A stretch of 45,400 bases of DNA from Verrucomicrobiales bacterium (GCA_005801385.1 SYEM01000207.1:1-45400); one strand, 5' to 3'. Shown: positions 16,515 through 26,379, counted from the first letter of the stretch. Numbers and translations: made by a program. The notes: generated by a model not told the origin, from the letters alone.

Positions 16515-18542
16515 TCATTCAGGGTAGGCGAACTCGTTCAGATTCAGGATGACGCGGGCCACCTGGACCAACCGATCGCGCGGCGTCTGCGGCTCGACGG
16601 CCTCGAGGAATCCCAGGTAGGCGTCGCGCTCGGACGCCGAGGGGGGACGGCCCAGGGCGAGGCGGGACAGATGGTCGACCTGGCGCGCGGGATCGGTGCC
16701 GACCTCCCGAAGGATCCGGTCAGCGAGGCAGGCCGCCTGTTGATTGATGAACTCGCCGTTGAAGAGCGTGAGCGCCTGCGGAGCCACCGTGGTCACCTGG
16801 CGTCGGGGTGAACTTGAGACCGTGTCGCAAAGGTCCAGCACCTCGAGCATCGGGACCACCAGGCCCCGCTTCACGAATGCATAGACGGTTCGCCGAGCCG
16901 CCTGGTCATAGGGAGATGTGGACCAGATCGATTCCTTGTCGGTGTTCGCCTCCATGGCGGCCTTCGGGATGGGTAGAAACACACCGCGTCCGCCGGACTG
17001 ACGGTTGAGCTCCCCGCTGACGGCCAGCACGGAGTCGCGCAGGGCCTCGACCTCGAGGCGCCGATACGGCTGATGCCAGAGCAGCCGGTTCTCGGGATCT
17101 TCAGCAGCAGGCACCGGCTGATGGGCACGACCCATGCGCCACGTGTTGCTGGCAAGGATGAGGCGGTGCAACGCCTTAAGGGACCATCCGGCGTCGTGCA
17201 CGAACCAGTGCGCCAGCCAGTCCAACAGCTCCGGATGAGTCGGAGGTTCCCCCATCACGCCGAAGTCACTCGCCGTGCGGACCAGTCCCGCCCCGAAGTG
17301 CTGCTGCCAGACCCGGTTCACGATCACCCGTGCGGTCAACGGGTTGTCGGGCGACACCATCCAGTCCACGAGCGCCCGACGGCGTCCGGAAGCGGAACCT
17401 TCGGCTCTCGGAGCCGTCCAGCCCAACCCCGGAAGTACCGCCGGGACGCCGGCCGTGACCGCGTCACCAGGCCGACCGGGATTGCCTCGGACCAGGACAT
17501 GAGTCGGTGGAACCGTGCCTCCCGTCTCGTGAAAGATGTACCCGGCAGGCAGGTCTGGAACCTCGCGCCGCAGCGATGCGACGCGGGTGGCGATGGACTC
17601 CGCGGAGAGTTCGTTGGTCCGACGCTGGAGGGCCGCAATCTCACGGTCCCGTTGGGCCACGGCCTCCCGCTCGGCTGGGGATCCCAGCGGAAGGGTGAGT
17701 TCCGTCCGACCGTTCTGCGGACGCTGCAGCGGGGCGAAAACCGCCACCATCCGGTAGTAGTCCGCCGACGTCAGCGGCTCGAATTTGTGATCATGGCATC
17801 GCGCGCAGCCAAGGGTCAGTCCAAGAATTGCCTGACTGGTCGTGCTGACAATGTCATCCAGCTGGTCAAAACGGTCGGCTGCCGGGTCGGCCGGCTCGTC
17901 ATCCCAGTGCCCCAGCCGCGCAAACGTCGTTGCCACCAGGGTCTCGGCACGGACCTGCGGGAGCTCGTCACCCGCCAGCTGCTCCCGGAGGAACTGGTCG
18001 TAGGGCCGGTCGGCGATCAATGCGCCAATCACATAGTCGCGGTACCGCCAGACGAAGGGTTTTTCGGCGTCGCGCTCGTAGCCGTTGCTGTCGGCATAGC
18101 GGACGAGGTCGAGCCAGTGTCGGGCCCAGCGTTCGCCGTACGACGGACGAGACAGGAGATCGTCGGTCACTCGATCAAGGCAGACCGGTGACGGGTCCAG
18201 CGCGAACCGCTCCTGTTCCTGAAGCGTTGGCGGGATCCCGGCAAGATCGAGGTGCACCCTGCGGAGCAGCGCCGGACGGGAGGCCGGTGGTGCGGGGGTC
18301 CAGCCACGAGCCTGGAGTCGAGCCAGGACGAAGGCATCGATCGGGTTCCGTACCGCACTTGGATCCTGGACCACGGGGATGGGCGGCCGTCGGACCGGCT
18401 GGAAGGCCCAGTGATTCCGGGCGCTTTCCGAAGGGTGCGCTGGGGGCGAAGCGCCATTCCCGAAGACGATCCCGCGGAGAACAAAGGTGGACACCCAGGC
18501 ACATCCGAGGACAGCGCGGAGGGATTTTGGGAGGACGGGCAT
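16515..18542 (-). CDS. DUF1549 (PSCyt2) / DUF1553 (PSD1) protein, no PSCyt1 heme motif
   Basis: Track ORF 16515..18755, trimmed to the ATG at 18542 (MPVLPKSLRAVLGCAWVSTFVL...). NHWAFQPVRRP, LLRRVHLDLAGIPPTLQEQERF, WLDLVRYADSNGYERD, CARCHDHKFEP and VIVNRVWQQHFGAGLVRTASDFGVMGEPPTHPELLDWLA are present. Confidence 0.9.
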   Translation of the reverse strand: MPVLPKSLRAVLGCAWVSTFVLRGIVFGNGASPPAHPSESARNHWAFQPVRRPPIPVVQDPSAVRNPIDAFVLARLQARGWTPAPPASRPALLRRVHLDLAGIPPTLQEQERFALDPSPVCLDRVTDDLLSRPSYGERWARHWLDLVRYADSNGYERDAEKPFVWRYRDYVIGALIADRPYDQFLREQLAGDELPQVRAETLVATTFARLGHWDDEPADPAADRFDQLDDIVSTTSQAILGLTLGCARCHDHKFEPLTSADYYRMVAVFAPLQRPQNGRTELTLPLGSPAEREAVAQRDREIAALQRRTNELSAESIATRVASLRREVPDLPAGYIFHETGGTVPPTHVLVRGNPGRPGDAVTAGVPAVLPGLGWTAPRAEGSASGRRRALVDWMVSPDNPLTARVIVNRVWQQHFGAGLVRTASDFGVMGEPPTHPELLDWLAHWFVHDAGWSLKALHRLILASNTWRMGRAHQPVPAAEDPENRLLWHQPYRRLEVEALRDSVLAVSGELNRQSGGRGVFLPIPKAAMEANTDKESIWSTSPYDQAARRTVYAFVKRGLVVPMLEVLDLCDTVSSSPRRQVTTVAPQALTLFNGEFINQQAACLADRILREVGTDPARQVDHLSRLALGRPPSASERDAYLGFLEAVEPQTPRDRLVQVARVILNLNEFAYPE

Positions 18543-18761
18543 GGGATGTCGTCGAAAAACTAGTCCAGCCGGCCCGGGTTTGGAATCCTTCGCATCGAGG
18601 CGCACCAAACGAGCCCGTACGGGGTTCCGGAGCCACAAACGGCTGCAGACACCCGTCCCATCCTGAAATGAGGGCTTGCACTCACCCTCACCGCTCGTCA
18701 ATTTTGCATTTCCCTTCAGGGGCGGCGACCGGGTTCCCCATCGCCGGACGAGCACACATCT

Positions 18762-19019
18762 ATGTCAGTCAAAATTCGTTTGAAGCGCGTCGGTGCGAAG
18801 AACAGCCCGGTCTTCCGGGTTGTGGTGGCCGACGGCCGGAGTCCTCGCGATGGCAAGTTCATCGAGGAGATCGGCACCTATCAACCCCAGAAGAAGGGCG
18901 ACAACGTGGCCCTGAAGATGGACCGCATCGACCATTGGGTCTCGGTGGGTGCCCAGCCCAGCGACACGGTGGCCAGCATGATCCGCAAGGCCAAGCGCAC
19001 CGCTCCTGCGGCTGCCTGA
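18762..19019 (+). CDS. rpsP: 30S ribosomal protein S16
   Basis: [42 protein letters not shown] is the canonical S16 N-terminus. Confidence 0.95.
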   Translation: MSVKIRLKRVGAKNSPVFRVVVADGRSPRDGKFIEEIGTYQPQKKGDNVALKMDRIDHWVSVGAQPSDTVASMIRKAKRTAPAAA

Positions 19020-19038
19020 TCTTTCTGGCCCTCACCCC

Positions 19039-19272
19039 ATGCAGGACTTCATCGAGTTCGTGGCCAAGCGCCTCGTGAACCATCCGGACGAGGTCCGGGT
19101 GGACTCGGAAGACCGCAATGGGGCGACGTGCTACCGCCTGCACCTCGCTCCGGGCGAAGTCGGCAAGATCATCGGGAGGCGCGGCACGACCATCCAGGCC
19201 TTCCGCTCTATCCTGCAGGTCGGCGCCCAAAAGAGGGGTGTCCGCTGCACCCTCGAGCTGGCCGACGAGTGA
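19039..19272 (+). CDS. KH domain RNA-binding protein (UPF0109 / YlqC-like)
   Basis: 77 aa. The GxxG KH motif is in GKIIGRRGTTIQAFRSIL. The position directly after rpsP is conserved synteny. Confidence 0.85.
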   Translation: MQDFIEFVAKRLVNHPDEVRVDSEDRNGATCYRLHLAPGEVGKIIGRRGTTIQAFRSILQVGAQKRGVRCTLELADE

Positions 19273-19308
19273 GCCACGGCCCCGCGCGGGCGAACAGGAC
19301 CGCGCGAA

Positions 19309-20022
19309 ATGCCGATGAGAATCGATATCCTGACCCTGTTCCCCGCGATGTTCGCGGGTCCCCTCGACGAGAGCATCCTGAAACGGGCCCGTCAGGGGGG
19401 AATCCTCGATCTGAGGATCCATGATTTGCGGGACTGGACCCACGACCGTCACCGGACGGTCGATGACACCCCCTACGGCGGGGGTCCGGGGATGGTCCTG
19501 AAGCCAGAGCCGATCTTTGAAGCCGTCGAGGCCCTCAAGGCCGACCAGGGGGAGACCCGGGTGATTCTGACCGCGCCCAGTGGCCGGCCCTTCACCCAGT
19601 CCGTGGCCCGGGAACTATCCCAGGCTTCCGGGCTGATCCTCGTGTGCGGTAGCTATGAGGGGTACGACGAACGAGTGCGGGCCCACCTCGCCGACGACGT
19701 GTTGAGCATTGGGGACTATGTCCTGACGAATGGCAACCTGGCGGCGATGGTGATCGTGGATGCCGTGACCCGGCTTCTGCCGGGTGCATTGGGTGACGAC
19801 GCGAGCGCCCTCGACGAATCCTTCAGCCACGGGCTGCTGGAATACCCGCACTACACCCGCCCTGCCGAATTCCGGGGCTGGGGGGTTCCCGAAATCCTGC
19901 TCTCGGGCAACCACGCTGCCATCGAACGATGGCGACGGGTCCAAGCGATCAGACGGACCGTCGAACGACGACCGGACCTGTGGGAGAAGCTCCGATGGGA
20001 GCGGCCCGAAAAAGCGAAATGA
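19309..20022 (+). CDS. trmD: tRNA (guanine37-N1)-methyltransferase
   Basis: [51 protein letters not shown] and [21 protein letters not shown] are present. The start is 19309 or 19315. Confidence 0.95.
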   Translation: MPMRIDILTLFPAMFAGPLDESILKRARQGGILDLRIHDLRDWTHDRHRTVDDTPYGGGPGMVLKPEPIFEAVEALKADQGETRVILTAPSGRPFTQSVARELSQASGLILVCGSYEGYDERVRAHLADDVLSIGDYVLTNGNLAAMVIVDAVTRLLPGALGDDASALDESFSHGLLEYPHYTRPAEFRGWGVPEILLSGNHAAIERWRRVQAIRRTVERRPDLWEKLRWERPEKAK

Positions 20023-20058
20023 TTTTGAACGTCAGTTTTTGAAAACGAGGAGTCTGCC

Positions 20059-20427
20059 ATGAACAAAGGTGCATTGTTTGACAAGATCGAGGCCGAGCAA
20101 TTCCGCAAGGATTCGGCGAAGTTCAACGTCGGAGACAGCGTCCGCGTCCACACCAAGGTCGTCGAAGGCGACAAGGAGCGTATCCAGGTGTTCGCCGGTG
20201 TTGTCATCGGCGTCCGCGGCCGCGGCCTGAACCAGACCTTCACCGTCCGGCGCATCAGCTACGGCGAGGGTGTCGAGCGTATCTTCCCGACCCACTCCCC
20301 CCGCGTGGAGAAGATCGAAGTCGAGCGTCAGGGCAAGGTCCGTCGCGCCAAGCTCACCTACCTCCGCGGCCGCATCGGCAAGGGCGCCATGGCCGTCAAG
20401 GAGAAGGACACCCAGAAGACCGCCTGA
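20059..20427 (+). CDS. rplS: 50S ribosomal protein L19
   Basis: [67 protein letters not shown] is canonical L19. A GAGGAG Shine-Dalgarno sequence lies 8 nt upstream. Confidence 0.95.
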   Translation: MNKGALFDKIEAEQFRKDSAKFNVGDSVRVHTKVVEGDKERIQVFAGVVIGVRGRGLNQTFTVRRISYGEGVERIFPTHSPRVEKIEVERQGKVRRAKLTYLRGRIGKGAMAVKEKDTQKTA

Positions 20428-20454
20428 CCGGCGGACGGCCCTCCACAGAACCAC

Positions 20455-20488
20455 GGGACAGGAGACGAACCTCCTGTCCCTTTTTTTT
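20455..20488 (+). terminator. rho-independent terminator after rplS
   Basis: Perfect 10-bp stem gggacaggag / ctcctgtccc with a 6-nt loop (acgaac), followed by T8 (20481-20488). Confidence 0.8.
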
Positions 20489-20501
20489 GCCCGGGTTGGC
20501 T

Positions 20502-21530
20502 CTACCGCTTCCACGCCAGCAGTCCGCCCCGCGCCGCGCCTCCGGAGATCGCCTCAAAGCCACCGAATCCCACCTCCTCCAGCAGCGCTTCCATCTCCCC
20601 GATGCCATAGCAACGACCCTGGGTCGCATGCATGAGCATCACCGAGTACTCCGCCACGTGGAGCGGACCCGCGAGGTCCCGATCCAAGAAGGCGTCATGG
20701 ACCAGCACCGCCCCGCCCGCGGGCAGCGCGGCGTGTGACCGCCGCAGCAGCGTCCGCACCTCCGGGACATCCCAGTCGTGGAGCACGTTGGAGAACAGAT
20801 GCAGGTCATGGCCCCCGGGCCAGACCTCCTCGAACATGTCGCCGGCCACGACCTCGACCCGATCGTGGAAGCCACGTGCCCGAATAGCCTCCGACGCGAT
20901 GCGGTTCACTGGGGACTTCTCGAGCACCGTCGCCGTGAGATGGGGCGCGTGGGCGCAGAACGAACAAGCGTAGATTCCGGAACCACCGGCGATGTCGAGC
21001 AGCCGATGGAACCGATTCCAGGGCATCCCCTTCGCGAGGGCCTGCGCGAGGAACACGCCCCTACAGTCCATGGCCTCCGTGAAGCTCTGGGCGAAGCCGG
21101 GACGCTCCATCGCCCGATGCCAGTCCACCTGACCGCTCTGGCTGCCCCAGTTCGCCGGCCGATCGGTCTGGAGGACCCGGAGCAGATCCGCCGCCACCGG
21201 ACGTTCCGCCAGCGAGGCGTAATAGGGCCCGATGAACCAGGCGGAACCCCGCACGAGATGCTCCCGCGCCACCGGGGTGACCTCCCACCGGTCGACCGCC
21301 CCCTCGATCAGGCCCATGGCCCGGAACAAGGTGACCATCACCCCGGCCGGACGGAGTTTCAGGCCATGACGGGCACAGAGGCCGTCGGTCCCCGTGGGCT
21401 CCGCCGCCAGGCGGGTGAACAGGTCCAGATGAACCAGCCCCACGATCAACAGATCTTCCGCATAGAGCGCATCCCGGTAGCGGTAGAGCGTCGTCGGATC
21501 CGTCCATGGCGCCGCGGTCAGGGAGTGCAT
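20502..21530 (-). CDS. class I SAM-dependent O-methyltransferase (Methyltransf_2 / COMT-like with N-terminal dimerisation/wHTH region)
   Basis: Track ORF 20502..21566; the probable start is the ATG at 21530 (MHSLTAAPW...). SAM motif I is LLDIAGGSGIYACSF, followed by VVAGDMFEEVWPGGHDLHLFSNVLHDW. The substrate cannot be inferred. Confidence 0.75.
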   Translation of the reverse strand: MHSLTAAPWTDPTTLYRYRDALYAEDLLIVGLVHLDLFTRLAAEPTGTDGLCARHGLKLRPAGVMVTLFRAMGLIEGAVDRWEVTPVAREHLVRGSAWFIGPYYASLAERPVAADLLRVLQTDRPANWGSQSGQVDWHRAMERPGFAQSFTEAMDCRGVFLAQALAKGMPWNRFHRLLDIAGGSGIYACSFCAHAPHLTATVLEKSPVNRIASEAIRARGFHDRVEVVAGDMFEEVWPGGHDLHLFSNVLHDWDVPEVRTLLRRSHAALPAGGAVLVHDAFLDRDLAGPLHVAEYSVMLMHATQGRCYGIGEMEALLEEVGFGGFEAISGGAARGGLLAWKR

Positions 21531-21688
21531 GGGGACATCAAAGTCGCACCCAAGCCCACGGTTCAACCCTCGAACCTGCGAGAGCCGAAAAAGGTCCCCA
21601 CCCGATTAGTACGCACCCGTATTATTTCCCGTTGCCAGTTCCCTCCCCGACTCGCACCGTGACCAGGTTGATCATCTCCTCGTCTGTC

Positions 21689-24076
21689 ATGAATCGTCTG
21701 GTCCTCCTCCTGGCCGCCTCGATGGCGGCCCTCGGTCCCGTCGCCGCTGAGGTGACGGGTTGGCTCAACTGGCGTGGTCCCCTCCAGACCTCGGTCTCCA
21801 CCGAGACCGGGTTGCCCACGAAGCTCGCGGCGCAGGACCCGAAGGACGGTGGAGCGGGCCCCCTCTGGACTGCCCCCTTCCCTGGCCAGAGCACCCCGGT
21901 CATCGCCAACGGACGCCTCTACATCAATGGCTTCGTTGGGGATGGACCCGATCTCCAGGAGGTGGTGGCGTGCTTCGACGCCGACACCGGCAAGGAGCTG
22001 TGGCGCCACGCCGAGAACGACTTCCTGTCCGACACGATCTATCTGCGCTATTCGACCTCGTCACCGACGATCGATCCCGAGACCGGCAACGTCTATGTCC
22101 TGCACACCCAGGGACTCCTGATGGCGTTCACGCCGGACGGGAAGCTGTTGTGGAAGCACTCCATGATGGAGGAATTCGGTCGCCTGACCTTCCCGAACTC
22201 GCGGACCGCCTCGCCGATGGTCGATGGCGACCTTGTGATCACCCGCGGCATCACCAGCGCGTGGGGCGCCCACGGCGCCGCGGGCGACCGGTTCTACGCA
22301 TTCGACAAGAAGACCGGGGAACTGGCCTGGTCGAGCGCCCCCGGGGACCGCCCGCAGGACAACACCTTCTCAAACCCCTACCTCGACTACTGGAACGGCA
22401 AGCGGGTGCTGTATTCAGCAGGCGGCGACAGCTCGATCCTGGCGATCAACGCCCGAACCGGCGAGCCCATCTGGCGATTCGCCTTTGCGAAGGCAGGCGC
22501 CAAGGGCGGCATCAACGCGGCCCTCGTGAAGTTCCAGGACTCGCTGATCGCGGTCCATGAGTCGGAGAACCTGGACTCCTCGGAGATCGGCCGCATGGCG
22601 GCGTTCCGCATCCCGCCCCCAGCAGAGGTCAAGCCGACCAACTCCCTCTCCCCTGCCGTGTTCACCGCCCAGCAGCTCGAGCTCTGGCGCAATGGCGTCG
22701 GCTCGCTCGCCAGCTCACCCGTACTGGTCGGCGACCGGATCTATGAGGTGACGGGTACCGGTGATCTCGCGGCGATCGACGCCAAGACAGGCAAGGTGCT
22801 GTGGAAGAAGAAGCTCGCGATCGAGCAGCGCCAGAGCACTCCGTTCTACGCGGACGGTTATCTCTATGTGGCCATGTACATCGCCTCCGAGGGGGCTGAC
22901 GCCGCCAAGGCGGGACAGGATTCGGACGGAGGCAACGGCGACCTCTGGGTCTTGAAGCCCGGCCCCGACGGCGCCGAAGTCGTGAGCCACACGGTCCTCA
23001 AGGGCCGCGCCTTCGGCTCCCCCATCGGCTACAACGGGAAGATCTACCTCCAGACCGATCAGCAGCTCTACGCCTGGGGCAAACGGGGCAACAATCCGAA
23101 TCTGGCTCGCACCTCCACCAATCCGTTCCCGAAGGCCGGCCCGGCGACCCAACTCCAGGTCATCCCCTACGAGGTCCTCCTCCGCCCCGGCCAGACCCAG
23201 TCCTTCCGGATCCGCTCCCTCGATGCCAATGGCTTCACGGTGGCCGAGTCGATCGATCCGAAGTCGGTGAAATGGGAGTCCTACATCCCCCCAACGGCGC
23301 TCGTGAAGGCGACGATGAAGGGCGCCTTCAACCCGGAGGGCAAACTGGTGGCCGAGGTCGCCCCGGCCGGCAGCGCCGGACAGTTCAAGGCGACCCTGAC
23401 CTCCGCCGAGGGCACGGAGCTCGCCGGATTCATCAAGGGCCGCATCCTGCCGGGAATGCCGCTGCGTCAGAACTTCGAGACCTTCGCCCTGACCAACAAG
23501 ACCACCAACACGATGGAGCCCGAGACGCTGTTCGCCTATCCCCCGCTGCCCTGGAACTCCGCCCGGTTCCGGTTCGAGGTCCGGAACAAGGACCTCGCCG
23601 GCGGCACCAACCAGGCGCTGGTGAAGACCATCGACAACAAGCTCTTCCAGCGCGGACAGATCTTCTTCGGATTCCCCGACATGGCCAACTACACCATCGA
23701 GGCCGATGTCCTTTCCGAGGGCAACAAACGCAAGATGTCGGAGGTGGGCCTGATCAACCAGCGCTACGCCGTCCTCCTCAAAGGCAACTCGCAGGAGATC
23801 GAGGTCAACTCCAACCAGGAACGCATCAAGGTCGCCAAGCCGTTCAAGTGGTCGCCCAACACCTGGTACCACCTCAAGGTAAAGGTCGACGTCGCCCCCG
23901 ACGGTTCAGGCATCGTGAGGGGCAAGGCTTGGAAGAAGGACGAGGCCGAGCCCGCGGAGTGGACCATCGAGGTGCCGCACCGCACCGCGCACCGCAATGG
24001 ATCGCCCGGCCTGTTCGGGTTCGCCCCACAGGAACAACGCGTCGCGATCGACAATATCGTGGTCCAGGCCAACTGA
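21689..24076 (+). CDS. secreted PQQ-like beta-propeller repeat protein with C-terminal LamG/DUF1080-like domain
   Basis: Track ORF 21506..24076, trimmed to the ATG at 21689 (MNRLVLLLAASMAALGPVAAEV signal). It carries repeated propeller-blade motifs (CFDADTGKELWRH, AFDKKTGELAWSS, AINARTGEPIWRF, AIDAKTGKVLWKK). The C-terminal about 200 aa ends in GLFGFAPQEQRVAIDNIVVQAN, as concanavalin-like modules do. Confidence 0.8.
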   Translation: MNRLVLLLAASMAALGPVAAEVTGWLNWRGPLQTSVSTETGLPTKLAAQDPKDGGAGPLWTAPFPGQSTPVIANGRLYINGFVGDGPDLQEVVACFDADTGKELWRHAENDFLSDTIYLRYSTSSPTIDPETGNVYVLHTQGLLMAFTPDGKLLWKHSMMEEFGRLTFPNSRTASPMVDGDLVITRGITSAWGAHGAAGDRFYAFDKKTGELAWSSAPGDRPQDNTFSNPYLDYWNGKRVLYSAGGDSSILAINARTGEPIWRFAFAKAGAKGGINAALVKFQDSLIAVHESENLDSSEIGRMAAFRIPPPAEVKPTNSLSPAVFTAQQLELWRNGVGSLASSPVLVGDRIYEVTGTGDLAAIDAKTGKVLWKKKLAIEQRQSTPFYADGYLYVAMYIASEGADAAKAGQDSDGGNGDLWVLKPGPDGAEVVSHTVLKGRAFGSPIGYNGKIYLQTDQQLYAWGKRGNNPNLARTSTNPFPKAGPATQLQVIPYEVLLRPGQTQSFRIRSLDANGFTVAESIDPKSVKWESYIPPTALVKATMKGAFNPEGKLVAEVAPAGSAGQFKATLTSAEGTELAGFIKGRILPGMPLRQNFETFALTNKTTNTMEPETLFAYPPLPWNSARFRFEVRNKDLAGGTNQALVKTIDNKLFQRGQIFFGFPDMANYTIEADVLSEGNKRKMSEVGLINQRYAVLLKGNSQEIEVNSNQERIKVAKPFKWSPNTWYHLKVKVDVAPDGSGIVRGKAWKKDEAEPAEWTIEVPHRTAHRNGSPGLFGFAPQEQRVAIDNIVVQAN

Positions 24077-24133
24077 CCCGGACCGCTTTCCCGTTGAACG
24101 TCACCGATTGAGAGGAAGAGTAGGAAGCACACC

Positions 24134-25795
24134 ATGAAGAACACGCTGTCGAACTGGGCCGTCGCCACCGCGGTGGCCACCACGCTGTCCCACGCCCAGG
24201 ACTGGCCCCAGTGGGGTGGCAACGACCCGGGCCGCAACATGTACTCCACGGCGAAGGGTCTCCCGGATGGATTCGAGCCCGGCAAGATGAAGCAGGGCAC
24301 CGAAGACATCGACCTCGGCACCACCAAGAACGTGAAGTGGGTCGCCAAGCTCGGCTCCCAGAGCTACGCCAACCCCGTCGTCTCGGGCGGAAAGGTGTTC
24401 GTCGGCACCAACAACGAATCCCCTCGCGACAAACGCCACGTCGGCGACCGGAGCGTCCTGTACGCACTCGATGAGAAGACCGGCAAGTTCCTCTGGCAGC
24501 TCGTCGTCCCCAAGCTGAAGTCCGGCAAGGTCAACGACTGGGAGAACCTCGGCCTCCTCGCTGCCCCACTCGTCATCGGCAACAAGCTCTGGGTCGTCAC
24601 CAGCCGCTGCGAGGTCCTGTGCCTCGACACCGAGGGCATGGCCAACGGCAATGACGGTCCCTACAAGGACGAGACGAAATACGTGACCCTCGACACCGGC
24701 AAGCCCCCCGTCGAACCCGGACCCCAGGATGCCGACATCCTCTGGCGGTACGACATGATGGAGGAACTCGGCGTGTTCCCCCACAACGCCTCCAACTGCT
24801 CGGTCATCCTCGTCGATGGTAAACTGTTCGTCTGCACCTCCAACGGCCAGGACTGGACCCACGTCAACATCCCGTCTCCAAAGTCGCCGAGCTTCATCGC
24901 GCTCGACCCGAACACCGGTGAACTCCTCGGCGAGGACAACGCGTCGATCGGCCACAGGATCTACCACGGCCAGTGGACCTCCCCGTCCGCGGGCAAGGTC
25001 GATGGCAAATGGCAGGTCTTCTTCGGTGGAGGCGACGGTGTCGTCTACGCCCTCTCCGCCACGCCCGAGAAGGGCAGCGGCCAGCCCACCGCGAAGGTCT
25101 TCCCCAACCAGCCCGATCTCGTCGAGGATCCCGAGCTGAACTATCTCAAGAAGGTCTGGTGGGCCGACTGCGTGCCACCGGAGTACAAGGCGAAGGACGG
25201 CAAGCCGATCAAGTACCCCGCCGCCGAAGGACCCAGCGAGATCAACAGCACCCCGGTGTACTATGACGGCAAGGTATACGTCGCGATCGGACAGGACCCC
25301 GAGCATGGGGAAGGCGTCGGACGCCTCGTCTGTCTCGACCCGAGCGGCAAAACCGGGGACATCACCAAGACCGGAGTTGTCTGGGACTACAAGGGCATCA
25401 AGCGCTCCATCTCCACGGTCAGCATCGACCCCGCGACCGGGCTTCTCTTCATCGCCGACTTCTCGGGCTTCGTGCACTGCCTGGACGCCAAGACCGGCAA
25501 GCTGAACTGGGTCTACGACATGAAGGCCCACATGTGGGGGTCGACCTTTGTGGCCGACGGCAAGGTCTACGTGGGCGACGAGGACGGCGACGTGGTGGTG
25601 CTGGCGGCCAAGGGCGGGGACAAGCCCGTGGTGATCAGCGAGACCAACCTCGGCGCGCCCGTGTACGGCACGGCGATCGTCGCCAACGGCACGCTCTACC
25701 TGATGGGTCAGACCCATCTCTATGCGGTCGGGGCGAATGCCAAGCCGGTCACGACCGATGCCGCCAAGCCCGGCGAGGTCCAGATCAAGAACTGA
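24134..25795 (+). CDS. secreted PQQ-like beta-propeller repeat protein
   Basis: MKNTLSNWAVATAVATTLSHAQ|DWPQWGG signal. Blade motifs are ALDEKTGKFLWQL, ALDPNTGELLGE and CLDAKTGKLNWVY. An AGGAAG SD-like purine run lies upstream of the ATG. Confidence 0.85.
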   Translation: MKNTLSNWAVATAVATTLSHAQDWPQWGGNDPGRNMYSTAKGLPDGFEPGKMKQGTEDIDLGTTKNVKWVAKLGSQSYANPVVSGGKVFVGTNNESPRDKRHVGDRSVLYALDEKTGKFLWQLVVPKLKSGKVNDWENLGLLAAPLVIGNKLWVVTSRCEVLCLDTEGMANGNDGPYKDETKYVTLDTGKPPVEPGPQDADILWRYDMMEELGVFPHNASNCSVILVDGKLFVCTSNGQDWTHVNIPSPKSPSFIALDPNTGELLGEDNASIGHRIYHGQWTSPSAGKVDGKWQVFFGGGDGVVYALSATPEKGSGQPTAKVFPNQPDLVEDPELNYLKKVWWADCVPPEYKAKDGKPIKYPAAEGPSEINSTPVYYDGKVYVAIGQDPEHGEGVGRLVCLDPSGKTGDITKTGVVWDYKGIKRSISTVSIDPATGLLFIADFSGFVHCLDAKTGKLNWVYDMKAHMWGSTFVADGKVYVGDEDGDVVVLAAKGGDKPVVISETNLGAPVYGTAIVANGTLYLMGQTHLYAVGANAKPVTTDAAKPGEVQIKN

Positions 25796-25806
25796 AGACT
25801 TCAGCA

Positions 25807-25837
25807 GGGGATGCCGCGAGACCGCGGCATCCCCTTT
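25807..25837 (+). terminator. stem-loop terminator candidate after the second propeller gene
   Basis: Perfect 12-bp stem ggggatgccgcg / cgcggcatcccc with loop agac, followed by ttt. The short U-tail makes it weaker than a canonical intrinsic terminator. Confidence 0.65.
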
Positions 25838-25911
25838 CCGTCCAGGGACACCCCGATCACCCGTGATCGCGGACTGGACGGGCCCCAGCGGACCGGTAGC
25901 CTGCCGGCCTG

Positions 25912-26358
25912 ATGTCATTCCTCGCACGCCTCTCCCTCCGCAGCCTCGTCGGACTGGCCTTGGGCCTCGGCCTGCTCTTTGCCGGTTGCGCCACCTCGCC
26001 TCGCAAGACCGAGAGCATGCTGGCCGCCTCGGGATTCAAGGTCATCCCGGTCACCACCCCCGAGCAGCAGAAGCAGCTGGCCACCCTGCCGTCGGGCAAA
26101 ATCTCGGTCATCAAGCGCCAGGGTAAGGTCTTCTTCGTCTATCCCGACTCCAACCAGAAGCAGCTCTACGTGGGCCAGGACGCCCAGTACGACGCCTACC
26201 AGAACCTGCTCCTGAACCGCGAGGCGATGCAGGAGTCGCTCGCCGCCTCGCAGGCGGCCAGCAATGCTGCCGCACTCAACGCCGAGGCGAACATCGTCAG
26301 CTCGGAACCCTGGGGCTTCTACGATCCCTGGGTCGTCTTCGGCCCCTGGTATCCCTGA
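25912..26358 (+). CDS. lipoprotein of unknown function (paralogue 1)
   Basis: Lipobox LLFAGC|ATSP. Core is LAASGFKVIPVTTPEQQKQLATLPSGKISVIKRQGKVFFVYPDSNQKQLYVGQDAQYDAY, with a Trp/Pro-rich tail PWGFYDPWVVFGPWYP. Confidence 0.7.
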   Translation: MSFLARLSLRSLVGLALGLGLLFAGCATSPRKTESMLAASGFKVIPVTTPEQQKQLATLPSGKISVIKRQGKVFFVYPDSNQKQLYVGQDAQYDAYQNLLLNREAMQESLAASQAASNAAALNAEANIVSSEPWGFYDPWVVFGPWYP

Positions 26359-26379
26359 ACCCTTCCCCCCGACCGCACC

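Noticed and set aside
2159-18542. Idea that the two inverted DUF1553/DUF1501 modules are a recent inverted duplication bracketing a mobile or invertible segment
   Set aside because: The paralogues are only about 40% identical at the protein level with no nucleotide-level repeat. There is no recombinase, transposase or terminal repeat in between. They look like old paralogues.
18676-18703. Possible sigma70-type promoter upstream of rpsP (TTGCAC at 18676-18681, then TCAATT or CAATTT 16-17 nt later)
   Set aside because: The -10 match is poor and PVC promoter consensus is not well defined. I cannot support it without transcription start-site data.
24101-25927. 608-aa minus-strand ORF antisense to the second propeller gene. 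Similar cases: 15107..16552 (+), 17073..18191 (+), 34529..36295 (-), 36795..37772 (+), 40762..42057 (+), 42072..43361 (+), 43504..44742 (-), 22715..23872 (-).
   Set aside because: All are antisense or off-frame shadows of genes with clear domain motifs. Their composition is dominated by Arg, Gly, Pro, Asp and Val, and they have no recognisable signatures.
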